Source of the DNA: Anaerohalosphaeraceae bacterium | GTDB lineage: Bacteria; Planctomycetota; Phycisphaerae; Sedimentisphaerales; Anaerohalosphaeraceae | Assembly (NCBI GenBank): GCA_963675525.2 | Contig: CAXXSL010000013.1 | Location: 352,001-416,000, forward strand | DNA: 64,000 bases | Direction: 5' to 3' | Part shown: piece after piece, positions 9,830-19,035 of the stretch | How positions within the stretch are numbered: position 1 is the stretch's first letter | Layout: each line of letters starts with the position of its first letter | Translations under genes and position numbers: made by a program | Notes under the pieces: model-generated | What the model saw: the letters and a program-made list of their open reading frames with translations, nothing else | What the model was told of the DNA's origin: nothing | The model's database searches: none

Positions 9830-11315
9830 AAAAAAGACTTCGTGTTTAAGCCTATCGAGCGAAAAATATGTCTTTTTTTTGCTGATCCTGTTTTCATTGG
9901 GAATTGGCCTGTATCTGATCCTTTCCACCGTTCTCATCTCAAAAGACGGTGTCAGGTTCATCCAATTTGCACAGGCACTTCAGGAATGCCCGCGCAAGAC
10001 ATTGCTTGTCGAGTATCAACACCCGGGGTATCCTTTTCTGATTATAACCATGCAAAAACTTATCTCCGCCTTTGCCGGGACTTCCGTTGACAGTTGGCTT
10101 TTTTCAGCCCAGTTCACTGCTGTTTTGTTTAAAACATTGACACTGGCGGTTCTTTACGTTTGGGGTAAACGAATTACAGATTCGAAGTTCAAAAGTTTTC
10201 TTGGGGTCTTTATTCTTGCGTGCCTTCCTTTACCCGCTCATTACGGAAGCGACGCACTGAGCGACTGGCCCGCCCTTTTTTCCATCTCTTTCTGTCTGCT
10301 TTGTTTAGTCATTTCATCGCAAAAAAAACAACTTTTTCTGTACGGACTCATCGGTCTTGTCGGAGGCGCCGGATATTTAATTCGGCCCGAAGCCGGACAG
10401 GTGGTGCTTTATGCCTGCGGGACTGCAATTTATTTGTTCATCTCCGGGAAGATTACAGTGTTTCGCCTGTGCACAATGCTTTTCGTTGTCATTTTGTGCT
10501 TTACAATTACCACCGCACCTTACATGGTTTTAAAAAAATCAATCCTTCCCAAAAAAACACTTGTCAGGACGACAGATGCCGGCATTGACCATTCGACCGA
10601 TGAAACATCAACACCCCCTTGTCGCTATAACATATCTGGTTTTCAATTCGGTTCTTTTGCGGGCGGTTTTCAAAAACTGTTCAGTAATTTTGGCGAAACA
10701 TACATGTGGTATTTTACGCCCTTCTGGATTATCGGGATCATCAACTGGTTCAGACAGACGACATGCCGACTGAAGAAACTGCTGCTGACCGGCTTTATTT
10801 CTCTGAATGTCATCGTTGTGCTGATGCTCTATTATGCCTTTGGGTATATGAGTGACCGGCATACTCTGCCGCTGTTTGCAGTTACATTCATGTTTATTCC
10901 GATTGGACTTGATAAAAGCTCGTGTTGGATCGCACGGCAATACAACATAAAAAATGCCAATAAAATCTGCCTCGCCCTGGCGGCATTCGGTGTTGTGATC
11001 TGTATGCCAAAACTGCTTCGACCGCTTGGCAATGATAAACGTTTTTATAAAGACGCCGCACTCTGGCTGCGGAATAATGCCGGAGATGATGAGGTCGTCG
11101 CGGTCTGTGATCCACGGATAGGATTTTACTGCCGGAAAAAATGGGTGTTGCTAACCACAACCCAATATCAAAAAGCGGACTGGATTGCAGACCGTTTCGA
11201 AAAAGACCATCTGCCCGAAAATCCGATCCCTGAAAATCAGCATCTTAGACTGGTCAGGGAATTCGCCGGAAAAAAACGGAAGATCTGCCTTTTTCAGAAC
11301 GAGAGAACCATCTAA
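9819..11315 (+). CDS. Polytopic GT-C (ArnT/PMT-like) glycosyltransferase
   Basis: Many TM segments; SKDGVRF, QHPGYP, LSDWP, YLIRPEA, RHTLP. Confidence 0.7.
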   Translation: MNIKKKTSCLSLSSEKYVFFLLILFSLGIGLYLILSTVLISKDGVRFIQFAQALQECPRKTLLVEYQHPGYPFLIITMQKLISAFAGTSVDSWLFSAQFTAVLFKTLTLAVLYVWGKRITDSKFKSFLGVFILACLPLPAHYGSDALSDWPALFSISFCLLCLVISSQKKQLFLYGLIGLVGGAGYLIRPEAGQVVLYACGTAIYLFISGKITVFRLCTMLFVVILCFTITTAPYMVLKKSILPKKTLVRTTDAGIDHSTDETSTPPCRYNISGFQFGSFAGGFQKLFSNFGETYMWYFTPFWIIGIINWFRQTTCRLKKLLLTGFISLNVIVVLMLYYAFGYMSDRHTLPLFAVTFMFIPIGLDKSSCWIARQYNIKNANKICLALAAFGVVICMPKLLRPLGNDKRFYKDAALWLRNNAGDDEVVAVCDPRIGFYCRKKWVLLTTTQYQKADWIADRFEKDHLPENPIPENQHLRLVREFAGKKRKICLFQNERTI

Positions 11316-11339
11316 GGATACCGGCTAAAATCGTTTTCA

Positions 11340-12266
11340 TCATTCCGCGGTTCTCGAATGTCTTTCCCACCAGAGGTGATTTGCGCTGAGTTTTTGATTC
11401 AGCCTTATCGGTAAGAGGTTGTGGTGTCTTCCAATTTTATAGCCCGTGTATTTGAGAAACAACCGAAGAAAGGCTGCAAGAAACAAGTGATATTTTTTTT
11501 GACTGCATAAAAAAGACAGCTCGGAACACAGATAATCGATGCCTTGTTTTTTGGGTTCTCCAAATTCCCTTAAAAGCCACTTCTCTGATTTGTGAAAAAC
11601 CCCCATATCAAAATACCGCTGAAAATCCTGTCGTATCGTATAATTATGAGAATGGTACACACACGATTCCGCACAATAACAAATCTTTTTGCCCCTTAAC
11701 AGCAGTCTTGCCGCCGCATGCATATCTTCGCCGAAAATTAATCCTTCTTTAAAGTACCCGATGGCTTCCAAGTCCGCTTTTCGATATGCCGCAAATGAAT
11801 TCGACAAAAAGGCTGCCTTAATCCCATACCGTAGTTTATCATCTACCTGATACGTCCGGGATGTTTCAGGATAATTGAATTGCCGCAGGTGCGATGCAAA
11901 AACGGACGCGTCAGAAGCCGGAATTTGACGGCCGTAAACCGCCGCAACATTATCATCTTTAAACGAATCGATTAAAGTCTGTATCGCCGTTGGAGCAACC
12001 GGGAGACTGTCCTGGCTCAGAAAAACAAGATACTCTCCGGCGGCGTGCTTGGCTGCCCGGCTGCGAGTACCCCCGTGGTCAAAATCACTGCGGGAGACAC
12101 TCAGAACCATCGCACGAAAAGACTGAGCAATTTCTACGGTATTATCCGTTGACGTTGAATCAATCACAATAATATCGCAACCGTTACCCTCCTGATTTCT
12201 GAGCGATGACAACAACTCCGGCAATAAACCGGCCGCATTAAAAGTGGGGATTATGATGCTTATCAT
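11340..12266 (-). CDS. GT2 glycosyltransferase (rhamnosyltransferase-like)
   Basis: ISIIIPTFNA, FDHGGTR, FLSQDSLP, YGRQIP, FGED, VYHSHNY. Confidence 0.88.
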   Translation of the reverse strand: MISIIIPTFNAAGLLPELLSSLRNQEGNGCDIIVIDSTSTDNTVEIAQSFRAMVLSVSRSDFDHGGTRSRAAKHAAGEYLVFLSQDSLPVAPTAIQTLIDSFKDDNVAAVYGRQIPASDASVFASHLRQFNYPETSRTYQVDDKLRYGIKAAFLSNSFAAYRKADLEAIGYFKEGLIFGEDMHAAARLLLRGKKICYCAESCVYHSHNYTIRQDFQRYFDMGVFHKSEKWLLREFGEPKKQGIDYLCSELSFLCSQKKYHLFLAAFLRLFLKYTGYKIGRHHNLLPIRLNQKLSANHLWWERHSRTAE

Positions 12267-12278
12267 ATTTTTCTCGTA

Positions 12279-13208
12279 TTAAATAACCAAAAACATTCCG
12301 AGATTTCTTCGAAAGCCGGTTTTGAATATGCGGTGCTTCAATAAAACCTTGCGGCGTTCGAACCATGATAATTCTCTCCATCGGGAAAAATCGTAGACCA
12401 TTTCTCGGTATTTCGGCGGGAGAGAATCGCCGTATCTTTGGTAAAAAGCAGCGGCCTGATCAACATTTTGTACAAACCGTTTTCGCACCGCATCCATACC
12501 TTCCCGTTGACGCCTGAAGAAATATCGAAAGCCGTATTCAGAGGCCCCGTAGATATTAGATTCGTGCTGCCGATACAGCAAGGTCCGTTCATCCAGATAC
12601 ACGATTTTTCCAAATGCGGCGGCGGTTAAGCTGACCCAATGGTCATGCATGACCGCTTCGGGCGGGATCGGAGTACATATATCCGCCAGAGCACGGTTCA
12701 GCATCATCGTGCAACCGCTGGGGACATTTTGAAGCAGGAGGCGATTGAAGCCAACCTGTTTTGGATCGATATTTTGATAATCAAAACAGGAATCACTCAC
12801 ATTTTTGAGGCTCTCATTGACCACATGCATATCTGTAAAGACCAGCAGCGGACTATCTGAACCATACTGCTTTTCGGCCCGCTTCATCGCGGTCATTGTT
12901 TTCGATATTTTATTCGCGAGCCAGACGTCGTCGTGATCGCAAAACATCATATAAGGTGCGGCACTTGACAACAGCAACCGGGAGAAATTCTCACGGACAT
13001 CAGACCTTCCGGACGAAGGGAGTAGAATAATCCTCTCGGGATATTGGCTGCTGTACTTTTCAAGGATATCCAACGTGCTGTCGTCAGAGCCGCCATCACG
13101 AACCAAAAGGTGCCAATCGGTAAAATCCTGCTGATGGATCGATCCTATCATCTCCTCGAGATAGGGAAAGGAATTATAGGTTGCCAACAAAATATCAATT
13201 GTACTCAT
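12279..13208 (-). CDS. GT2 glycosyltransferase (RgpB-like)
   Basis: IDILLATYN, RDGGSDD, FCDHDDVW, GCTMM, MHDHW, YRQH. Confidence 0.9.
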   Translation of the reverse strand: MSTIDILLATYNSFPYLEEMIGSIHQQDFTDWHLLVRDGGSDDSTLDILEKYSSQYPERIILLPSSGRSDVRENFSRLLLSSAAPYMMFCDHDDVWLANKISKTMTAMKRAEKQYGSDSPLLVFTDMHVVNESLKNVSDSCFDYQNIDPKQVGFNRLLLQNVPSGCTMMLNRALADICTPIPPEAVMHDHWVSLTAAAFGKIVYLDERTLLYRQHESNIYGASEYGFRYFFRRQREGMDAVRKRFVQNVDQAAAFYQRYGDSLPPKYREMVYDFSRWRELSWFERRKVLLKHRIFKTGFRRNLGMFLVI

Positions 13209-13261
13209 TATTATTCTCGTATTCCAAACCGAATGATCACCCTATTGAATAAGATACAGGT

Positions 13262-14017
13262 CTAAGTACTTCCATTTTCTAATTCTAACCAGCCGGAGCA
13301 ATCCCACTCCAATAATCTTTCTAATTGTCGAATCTCGTATTCAAAAATATCCCTGAGAAACACCCTGTCGCTTTGTTTTAATGGAGACGAATAGGGTGTT
13401 GAATGAATCGATCGGTAATCATTTTGGGGGAATTTGCCTATGTTCAGAAAGCAAGAAACTTTGTTCAACACTTTCACCGGACTTCTTCTCAAGTCATCAT
13501 TATTGAGAATCAAGGTTTGGTGTTCAGAAAAATATGCCCATAACCTCCTCAATTGTTCCACATAAAAACCCCTGTCAATATAAGAATAAACTCGATGCTG
13601 AAAGGGCAACGCATTCCGACATCTACTTCGCTCATTCCTTATTGCTTCTGAAAAAGTAAGTGTATCAGCCCCCCGGCTTCTCTCCATATTCCAATGAGAA
13701 TATGCCCGGGTAATTGGATTTCGCAACAAGACAATTATCTTCATGTCTTTGTTATAATTCCAGACGCGTTCAATCGCATTTTTCCAATAAATGTAAATAG
13801 GGGTCGCCTCGCCCAACATCCTGCCTGAAGAGTCCGGACAAAAAAAAGAGTGGTATTTTGAATAATCGACTTGGGCACCCTGGAAATACTCTTCTGTGTC
13901 AAAAAAGTGTACTTCATCCGCGTCAGGAATACATATTTCAGGGTGATCTTTCAGATATGATCGTAAGGCAGAAGTGCCCGCTTTTTGGACTCCTGCAATA
14001 ACAAAATTTATTTTCAT
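13262..14017 (-). CDS. Sulfotransferase
   Basis: PAPS motifs GVQKAGTSAL and LRNPITRAYSHW, plus GEATP; start taken at MKINF (track start 14056). Confidence 0.9.
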   Translation of the reverse strand: MKINFVIAGVQKAGTSALRSYLKDHPEICIPDADEVHFFDTEEYFQGAQVDYSKYHSFFCPDSSGRMLGEATPIYIYWKNAIERVWNYNKDMKIIVLLRNPITRAYSHWNMERSRGADTLTFSEAIRNERSRCRNALPFQHRVYSYIDRGFYVEQLRRLWAYFSEHQTLILNNDDLRRSPVKVLNKVSCFLNIGKFPQNDYRSIHSTPYSSPLKQSDRVFLRDIFEYEIRQLERLLEWDCSGWLELENGST

Positions 14018-14039
14018 GATCCCTTTACTTTCCCAAAAT

Positions 14040-15815
14040 TCAACGCATTGTTTCATTGCTTTTAAAATGGACTTTGCGGTTTTCGATAAATCGACTGCTA
14101 CGGATAAACCGAGGCAGCCGAAAATATATCTTCTTAATCACCGAACGCATCCTGGGACGATGCACCAACCTCTGTACCCCGCGAACGATATCGCCAACTT
14201 TTCTAAATAGCCACGTATAACGCCATGAATGAGACGCATAAACACTGTAAAGCTCCTCGCGATAACCGGCAATCAACCTGTCTTTTTCTGATATTGAGAT
14301 ATTCATTTCAGAAAGCGACAGATCCTTTTGAGAAATCACTTCCTCAAGATCAGTAACCTTTTGCTCCAACGCCGAAAGCGAAGCGGCCGCTTCCTGCAGC
14401 GACCGATCCTTTTGAGAAATCACTTCCTCAAGATCAGTAACCTTTTGCTCCAACACCGACAGCGAAGCGGCCGCTTCCTGCAGCGACCGATCCTTTTGAG
14501 AAATCACTTCCTCAAGATCAGTAACCTTTTGCTCCAACGCCGACAACGAAGCGGCCGCTTCCTGCAGCGACCGATCCTTTTGAGAAATCACTTCCTCAAG
14601 ATCAGTAACCTTTTGCTCCAACGCCGACAGCGAAGAGGCCGCTTCCTGCAGCGACTGATCCTTTTGGGAAACATCCGACTCAAGAGCGGCCACCTTCTGC
14701 TGTAACGCTAACAATAAAGAAGAAGACTCTCCGAGAGATTTTTCTTGCTGTACACATTTAAGCTCCAGGTCGGTTACCGTCTGTTTATGTAGACTTAGAG
14801 CATTGATTAATTCCTGAGATTCTGACTTCGCTTCAATTAGCTGATTCCCAATATCAGCTTTTTGCTCCTCTAATGTTTGGGCTTGGGCCTGGAGTTCTGA
14901 CATTTGCGATTTGACCGTGTTTACATAACTATAGATCGGTGCGGCCCAACTTTGGAGAAGATGGTCATCCGGCATGCCATCCAGCAGTCGGCGTGCCTCT
15001 TTAAGAGGCAACCTGTCCTTGTTCGCATGCTGTTTCATGCGGCTGTAAAGTTCAAATACATGGCCGTAATCATCCAGAAATGGTTCGGTCTCTGACTCAT
15101 CGATATCGTGGTGCCTGAGTTGTTTTTCAAGAAAGCTGTGTTGGTACTCTCTTAACCCCTCTGGATCGACTTCAACATCTATCAGCCGTCCGATTCGTTG
15201 CATCTCATGGGGCGGATCGGCCAAAAGTTTTTTGTATTCAACAATAATATTATTATCATCAGGCAGAGTCTTCAGCAAACGAAGATTATACCAAAACCAT
15301 AAATTCAGTGTATACTGCAAATCCTCACCGCATACATGAAATTCCGGAAACTGCTCATGACGAATTTTCTGAGAAAAAGCCACTTCCAATGGATGACGTA
15401 ACGCAATTACATGGAACAACTTGGACCCGAATTGATGGATTACATTTCCCCAAAACGGCAAAAGAACCGAAAATCGCGGGTCTTTCACACCCCAACACCG
15501 ACAATTACCATAATATTTATTAAGAATATGCAAGGCTTCTTGGCAGAATGAGTCAAATCGTGATTCGGAGAAATCAATTGCTTTCCCATAAAAAAGACTG
15601 TCCCATGATGAACCTAAATACCGAAGTATCTTTTCATTCAGATCGACTATTTCGATGTTTTCAAAATATCCTTTTGGGTTATCTTCTCCTTTATGATCAT
15701 CAACAGCTTGCATATTTACATCTAATGCGTATTGAACTCCGGCAGCCAACACCGACGTTCCTGATCGATGCATGCCTGAAATAAGAATTACTTTTTGGTT
15801 TGCTGTATTTGCCAT
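14040..15815 (-). CDS. Sulfotransferase-family protein with long repeat coiled coil and C-terminal SxSWR helix
   Basis: ISGMHRSGTS, NPKGYFE, VKDPR, RHPLEVA; 28-aa repeats; YASHSWRYTWLFRKV. Confidence 0.85.
   Translation of the reverse strand: MANTANQKVILISGMHRSGTSVLAAGVQYALDVNMQAVDDHKGEDNPKGYFENIEIVDLNEKILRYLGSSWDSLFYGKAIDFSESRFDSFCQEALHILNKYYGNCRCWGVKDPRFSVLLPFWGNVIHQFGSKLFHVIALRHPLEVAFSQKIRHEQFPEFHVCGEDLQYTLNLWFWYNLRLLKTLPDDNNIIVEYKKLLADPPHEMQRIGRLIDVEVDPEGLREYQHSFLEKQLRHHDIDESETEPFLDDYGHVFELYSRMKQHANKDRLPLKEARRLLDGMPDDHLLQSWAAPIYSYVNTVKSQMSELQAQAQTLEEQKADIGNQLIEAKSESQELINALSLHKQTVTDLELKCVQQEKSLGESSSLLLALQQKVAALESDVSQKDQSLQEAASSLSALEQKVTDLEEVISQKDRSLQEAAASLSALEQKVTDLEEVISQKDRSLQEAAASLSVLEQKVTDLEEVISQKDRSLQEAAASLSALEQKVTDLEEVISQKDLSLSEMNISISEKDRLIAGYREELYSVYASHSWRYTWLFRKVGDIVRGVQRLVHRPRMRSVIKKIYFRLPRFIRSSRFIENRKVHFKSNETMR
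14321..14656. repeat. 84-bp coding tandem repeat, 4 near-identical copies plus about 2 degenerate copies to about 14824
   Basis: gatccttttg starts at 14321, 14405, 14489, 14573 and 14657; unit QKDRSLQEAAASLSALEQKVTDLEEVIS. Confidence 0.97.
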
Positions 15816-17941
15816 CATCTAGGATTTATTTTTTTATAATATATTCTTAACTTTTTTATTAACCCTCTGTAACAAACAGAAAAACGCAGTGTCATATATA
15901 CATTTTTTATTGTTTTTCGCCATGGGGGTTTCATTCCATTTTTTTTGCCTGACCCGGATACAACCTTGTTGACATTACCACTCTTTTTTTCGAGGTCTAT
16001 CGATTCTCTGCAATCGATAGACACAAGGATGCATTTGTCTCCCGGAACATCCGGATGCCAGGCCATGCTTTCAAAAACACTTAAAGATTCGACCTTGAAA
16101 TTCTTAAATAGCGTTTCATCGATTGTGTTGACATGTGAGGGAATTCGGTTGATTTCTTTGTACGGCGCTAAAATCAACGTAAACCCCTTACTAACACGAA
16201 CTAGTTGTTCGATAAATTGACGAGGGCTCGGAACATGCTCGATAACGGCGCTACATAATACGAAATCCCATTTTCGATCGGGAAGATCATATAGATCTTC
16301 AACAGTATAGTTCACTTTCGGATATACGGCCTGAACCCATCGTTTTCTGATCGGAGTATAATCAATCGCATCGATAATAATTTTAGAGTAGACATAGCGG
16401 TCTGAATGAAGACTTGCAAACACATTAGAGCCTGCACCGGAACCGGCTCCTACATCTAACATCCTTAACTGGTCTACACGCCTGTAATAACGTCTTAGAA
16501 GTCTATGAAATTCTGGTATACAATCTATTGCATATTGGATTGATTGCGCCCCCCAGCCATATTCATATTCAAGCCTGGATCTTTTGTTGTCAGGATCATA
16601 AACAACGTCTTTGAGTTTTTCAACAACGTCGTGCCACACCTTAATGAATTCATCAAATTCAAAATCGGTCAGTTTCGCAACATGAGGCAAAAGAAGCTTC
16701 ATCTCTTTGAACTTTTCAATAAGTTCTTTCGCGTCATGTGATAACACTTGACGCTCAGATTCCTTTTTAAAACCGATACCTTTCGGCCCAAGACCGTTTC
16801 GTTTACCAATTGCCTTAAACACCGGCCACCTTGACTTTGCTTTAAAACGTCCTATGAAACCCTGCATTAACACATGAGAGGCGAGACTGGAATCATTATC
16901 TTCAGACACTAAATTGCTAATAATTTTTTTGTAAAGAATATCGTAAACTTTTGGATACGTTTTTTTCAAAAAACCGCTGATTTCGTTTATTTTATCATTT
17001 GTCAATCCTTCATATGGTTTCCATGGATCATCAATATCCGGTATCGGATCATAGAAAAGCCGCCCGTCTTCCCGTCCTAGGTATTTTCTGGCTACTTCTT
17101 CATTGATATTTTGATACTGCCTGAGAAATTCAACGCGTTCCTTTGGGGAAAGCAAATCATGTTCTGAAAAGGCTCGATCGCTATCCTTACTGTTAGCGAC
17201 AGAAAATCCCACCAAGGCATTCACCAGACCCTGATTCTCTTTTTGGCTAAGCTGCAAACAATTTGCGTGATTTTTAAATTCCAATGCATCCCGAGATAAT
17301 TTTGGATTTGACGCTATTTTAGGCAAAACATACTCATTGGAAAGCTCAACACCTAATGAATATCTCAAAAAATCAGCAAAGATGTTTTCTTTATATAGTT
17401 GTTGCTTCTCGTAAGGTCTCACGATAATATTCTCCCGACCAAACTGTTCGCTCCATCTACACAGGACCGATTCATAATCCAAAGCAACTTTAACCTTGGG
17501 CAGAAACTCAAAGATATCCTTATAAAATTCATTTGTCACTTTTTGCTGTTGGTTATACCGTGACATTAAAGTCAAGTCCTGTCGCCGCACATAAGCCACA
17601 ATCTTAACATCAAATACATTTTGAAATTCCCTTAGTTTGCTCGCAAAATGTCCATGCCACATTAACTCGCTCGATAACAACACGTTGTCAAGCAAATTGT
17701 TAATTTGCCCAATATACTCTTGGGTTGATAGGATCTTTCCATATTGTTGCATGAATGGAGCGCGTTTCTCCTCTGGATAACAACTTGTCAACAAGCGATG
17801 ATGAGCATTATCATAAAATGCAATGTCCGGATAAATTATATTATGTCTATGAAAAATCTCCCTATTTAAACAGAAGAAATTTTGCAAGGCTGTTGTCCCG
17901 GTTTTGGGAGCACCTATATGGAAAACCAGTTTTTTTCTCAT
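15815..17941 (-). CDS. Fusion of a sulfotransferase-like domain and a class I SAM methyltransferase
   Basis: FHIGAPKTGTTALQ, LSSE, YVRRQD; C-terminal MLDVGAGSG and SAVIEHV; start at MRKKLVF. Confidence 0.8.
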   Translation of the reverse strand: MRKKLVFHIGAPKTGTTALQNFFCLNREIFHRHNIIYPDIAFYDNAHHRLLTSCYPEEKRAPFMQQYGKILSTQEYIGQINNLLDNVLLSSELMWHGHFASKLREFQNVFDVKIVAYVRRQDLTLMSRYNQQQKVTNEFYKDIFEFLPKVKVALDYESVLCRWSEQFGRENIIVRPYEKQQLYKENIFADFLRYSLGVELSNEYVLPKIASNPKLSRDALEFKNHANCLQLSQKENQGLVNALVGFSVANSKDSDRAFSEHDLLSPKERVEFLRQYQNINEEVARKYLGREDGRLFYDPIPDIDDPWKPYEGLTNDKINEISGFLKKTYPKVYDILYKKIISNLVSEDNDSSLASHVLMQGFIGRFKAKSRWPVFKAIGKRNGLGPKGIGFKKESERQVLSHDAKELIEKFKEMKLLLPHVAKLTDFEFDEFIKVWHDVVEKLKDVVYDPDNKRSRLEYEYGWGAQSIQYAIDCIPEFHRLLRRYYRRVDQLRMLDVGAGSGAGSNVFASLHSDRYVYSKIIIDAIDYTPIRKRWVQAVYPKVNYTVEDLYDLPDRKWDFVLCSAVIEHVPSPRQFIEQLVRVSKGFTLILAPYKEINRIPSHVNTIDETLFKNFKVESLSVFESMAWHPDVPGDKCILVSIDCRESIDLEKKSGNVNKVVSGSGKKNGMKPPWRKTIKNVYMTLRFSVCYRGLIKKLRIYYKKINPR

Positions 17942-17986
17942 TTTACTCACACAGCAGCAGAATATTGTAAACAAAAATTCAGTCTT

Positions 17987-19009
17987 TTAACTATTCACTC
18001 TTTGCACCCAAATATTTCCCCCGGAATTCTTTAAATATAATGGCATGTTTTTTCTGAAATATTCACTCTTTTTTTGACACAAATAATCTGCAAAGAATCT
18101 AATTTCAAAATCTTTGTTGAATTCCAAGAATGCGCGTAAAATATACGCCTCATTCCATGCCCTTCCTTCCTTTATCCAGTTTTTCGGGTATTCAAACGGC
18201 CAAAAAATATCATGAAAATGAACCAACACCCCCTTGCCAAGAGAAGGCATTATATCAAAAATTATCTTGTTGACATCACTGTTTAGTTTCGACACATGGG
18301 TTGAATCAACCAAAAGGATGTCATTTTCCTCCAAGTTGCAAAATATGTCCTTGTCAACTTCTTGTAACTTTTTTTCAATAATTGCATGCGTCTTGTCCTT
18401 GCCCCTGATCAATGAACGAAGAAGTTCGGGATAAGGCTCGATAAATGTCAAATTAATCCTATCATCAAAAAAATGTTCATTGGTATCTAAAATAACACAA
18501 GAAGAAAAACCCGAGCCGATTTCAATTATCCTTTGCGGGCTATAATGACGAATCATACAATATAATGTAAGAGCGTCACCGTACGAATATGCCGGGTTTG
18601 AGAAGTAATAACGGAAATTTTTTGCTCCTTCGCTCGGAAAAGGACACTCATCATAATACTTCTGGAATTGCCTTAACAACTCCATTTGCTTTTCAGTGTT
18701 CAAATGAATGCCGCATGGTTCTTGCTCTGTATGATTTGACGAAAGAAAAGTCCATCGCTCTTCCAGCGATGGGACCGCGGAATAAAAATGCCCGGATGGG
18801 ACAAATTCTTGCCCTGCGGTGGTAAGCTTAGATTCAAACTCTTCACAGGAAATAAATTTCAAGAGAACTTCTTCCCTTTGCATCCCCCCGTATTTAAGAG
18901 CATTCAGATAATGCTTTTTGCCTTTCGGATCAGGGGATCTCCTCAGCACTCTCTCGTAACAAATATTTATAAATTCTTCATCTGATAGACCGTTTGCTTT
19001 TTGCGTCAT
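17987..19009 (-). CDS. Class I SAM methyltransferase with N-terminal DUF4214-like helix
   Basis: FINICYERVLRRSPDPKG; IIEIGSGFSS, VDSTHVSK, HFHDIFWPFEYP, WNEAY. Confidence 0.85.
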   Translation of the reverse strand: MTQKANGLSDEEFINICYERVLRRSPDPKGKKHYLNALKYGGMQREEVLLKFISCEEFESKLTTAGQEFVPSGHFYSAVPSLEERWTFLSSNHTEQEPCGIHLNTEKQMELLRQFQKYYDECPFPSEGAKNFRYYFSNPAYSYGDALTLYCMIRHYSPQRIIEIGSGFSSCVILDTNEHFFDDRINLTFIEPYPELLRSLIRGKDKTHAIIEKKLQEVDKDIFCNLEENDILLVDSTHVSKLNSDVNKIIFDIMPSLGKGVLVHFHDIFWPFEYPKNWIKEGRAWNEAYILRAFLEFNKDFEIRFFADYLCQKKSEYFRKNMPLYLKNSGGNIWVQRVNS

Positions 19010-19035
19010 ATTGAAACCCTATGCTAAATTAAATG

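Noticed and set aside
14328..14705. Plus-strand repeat ORF (also 23266-24066)
   Set aside because: Antisense shadows of coding tandem repeats.
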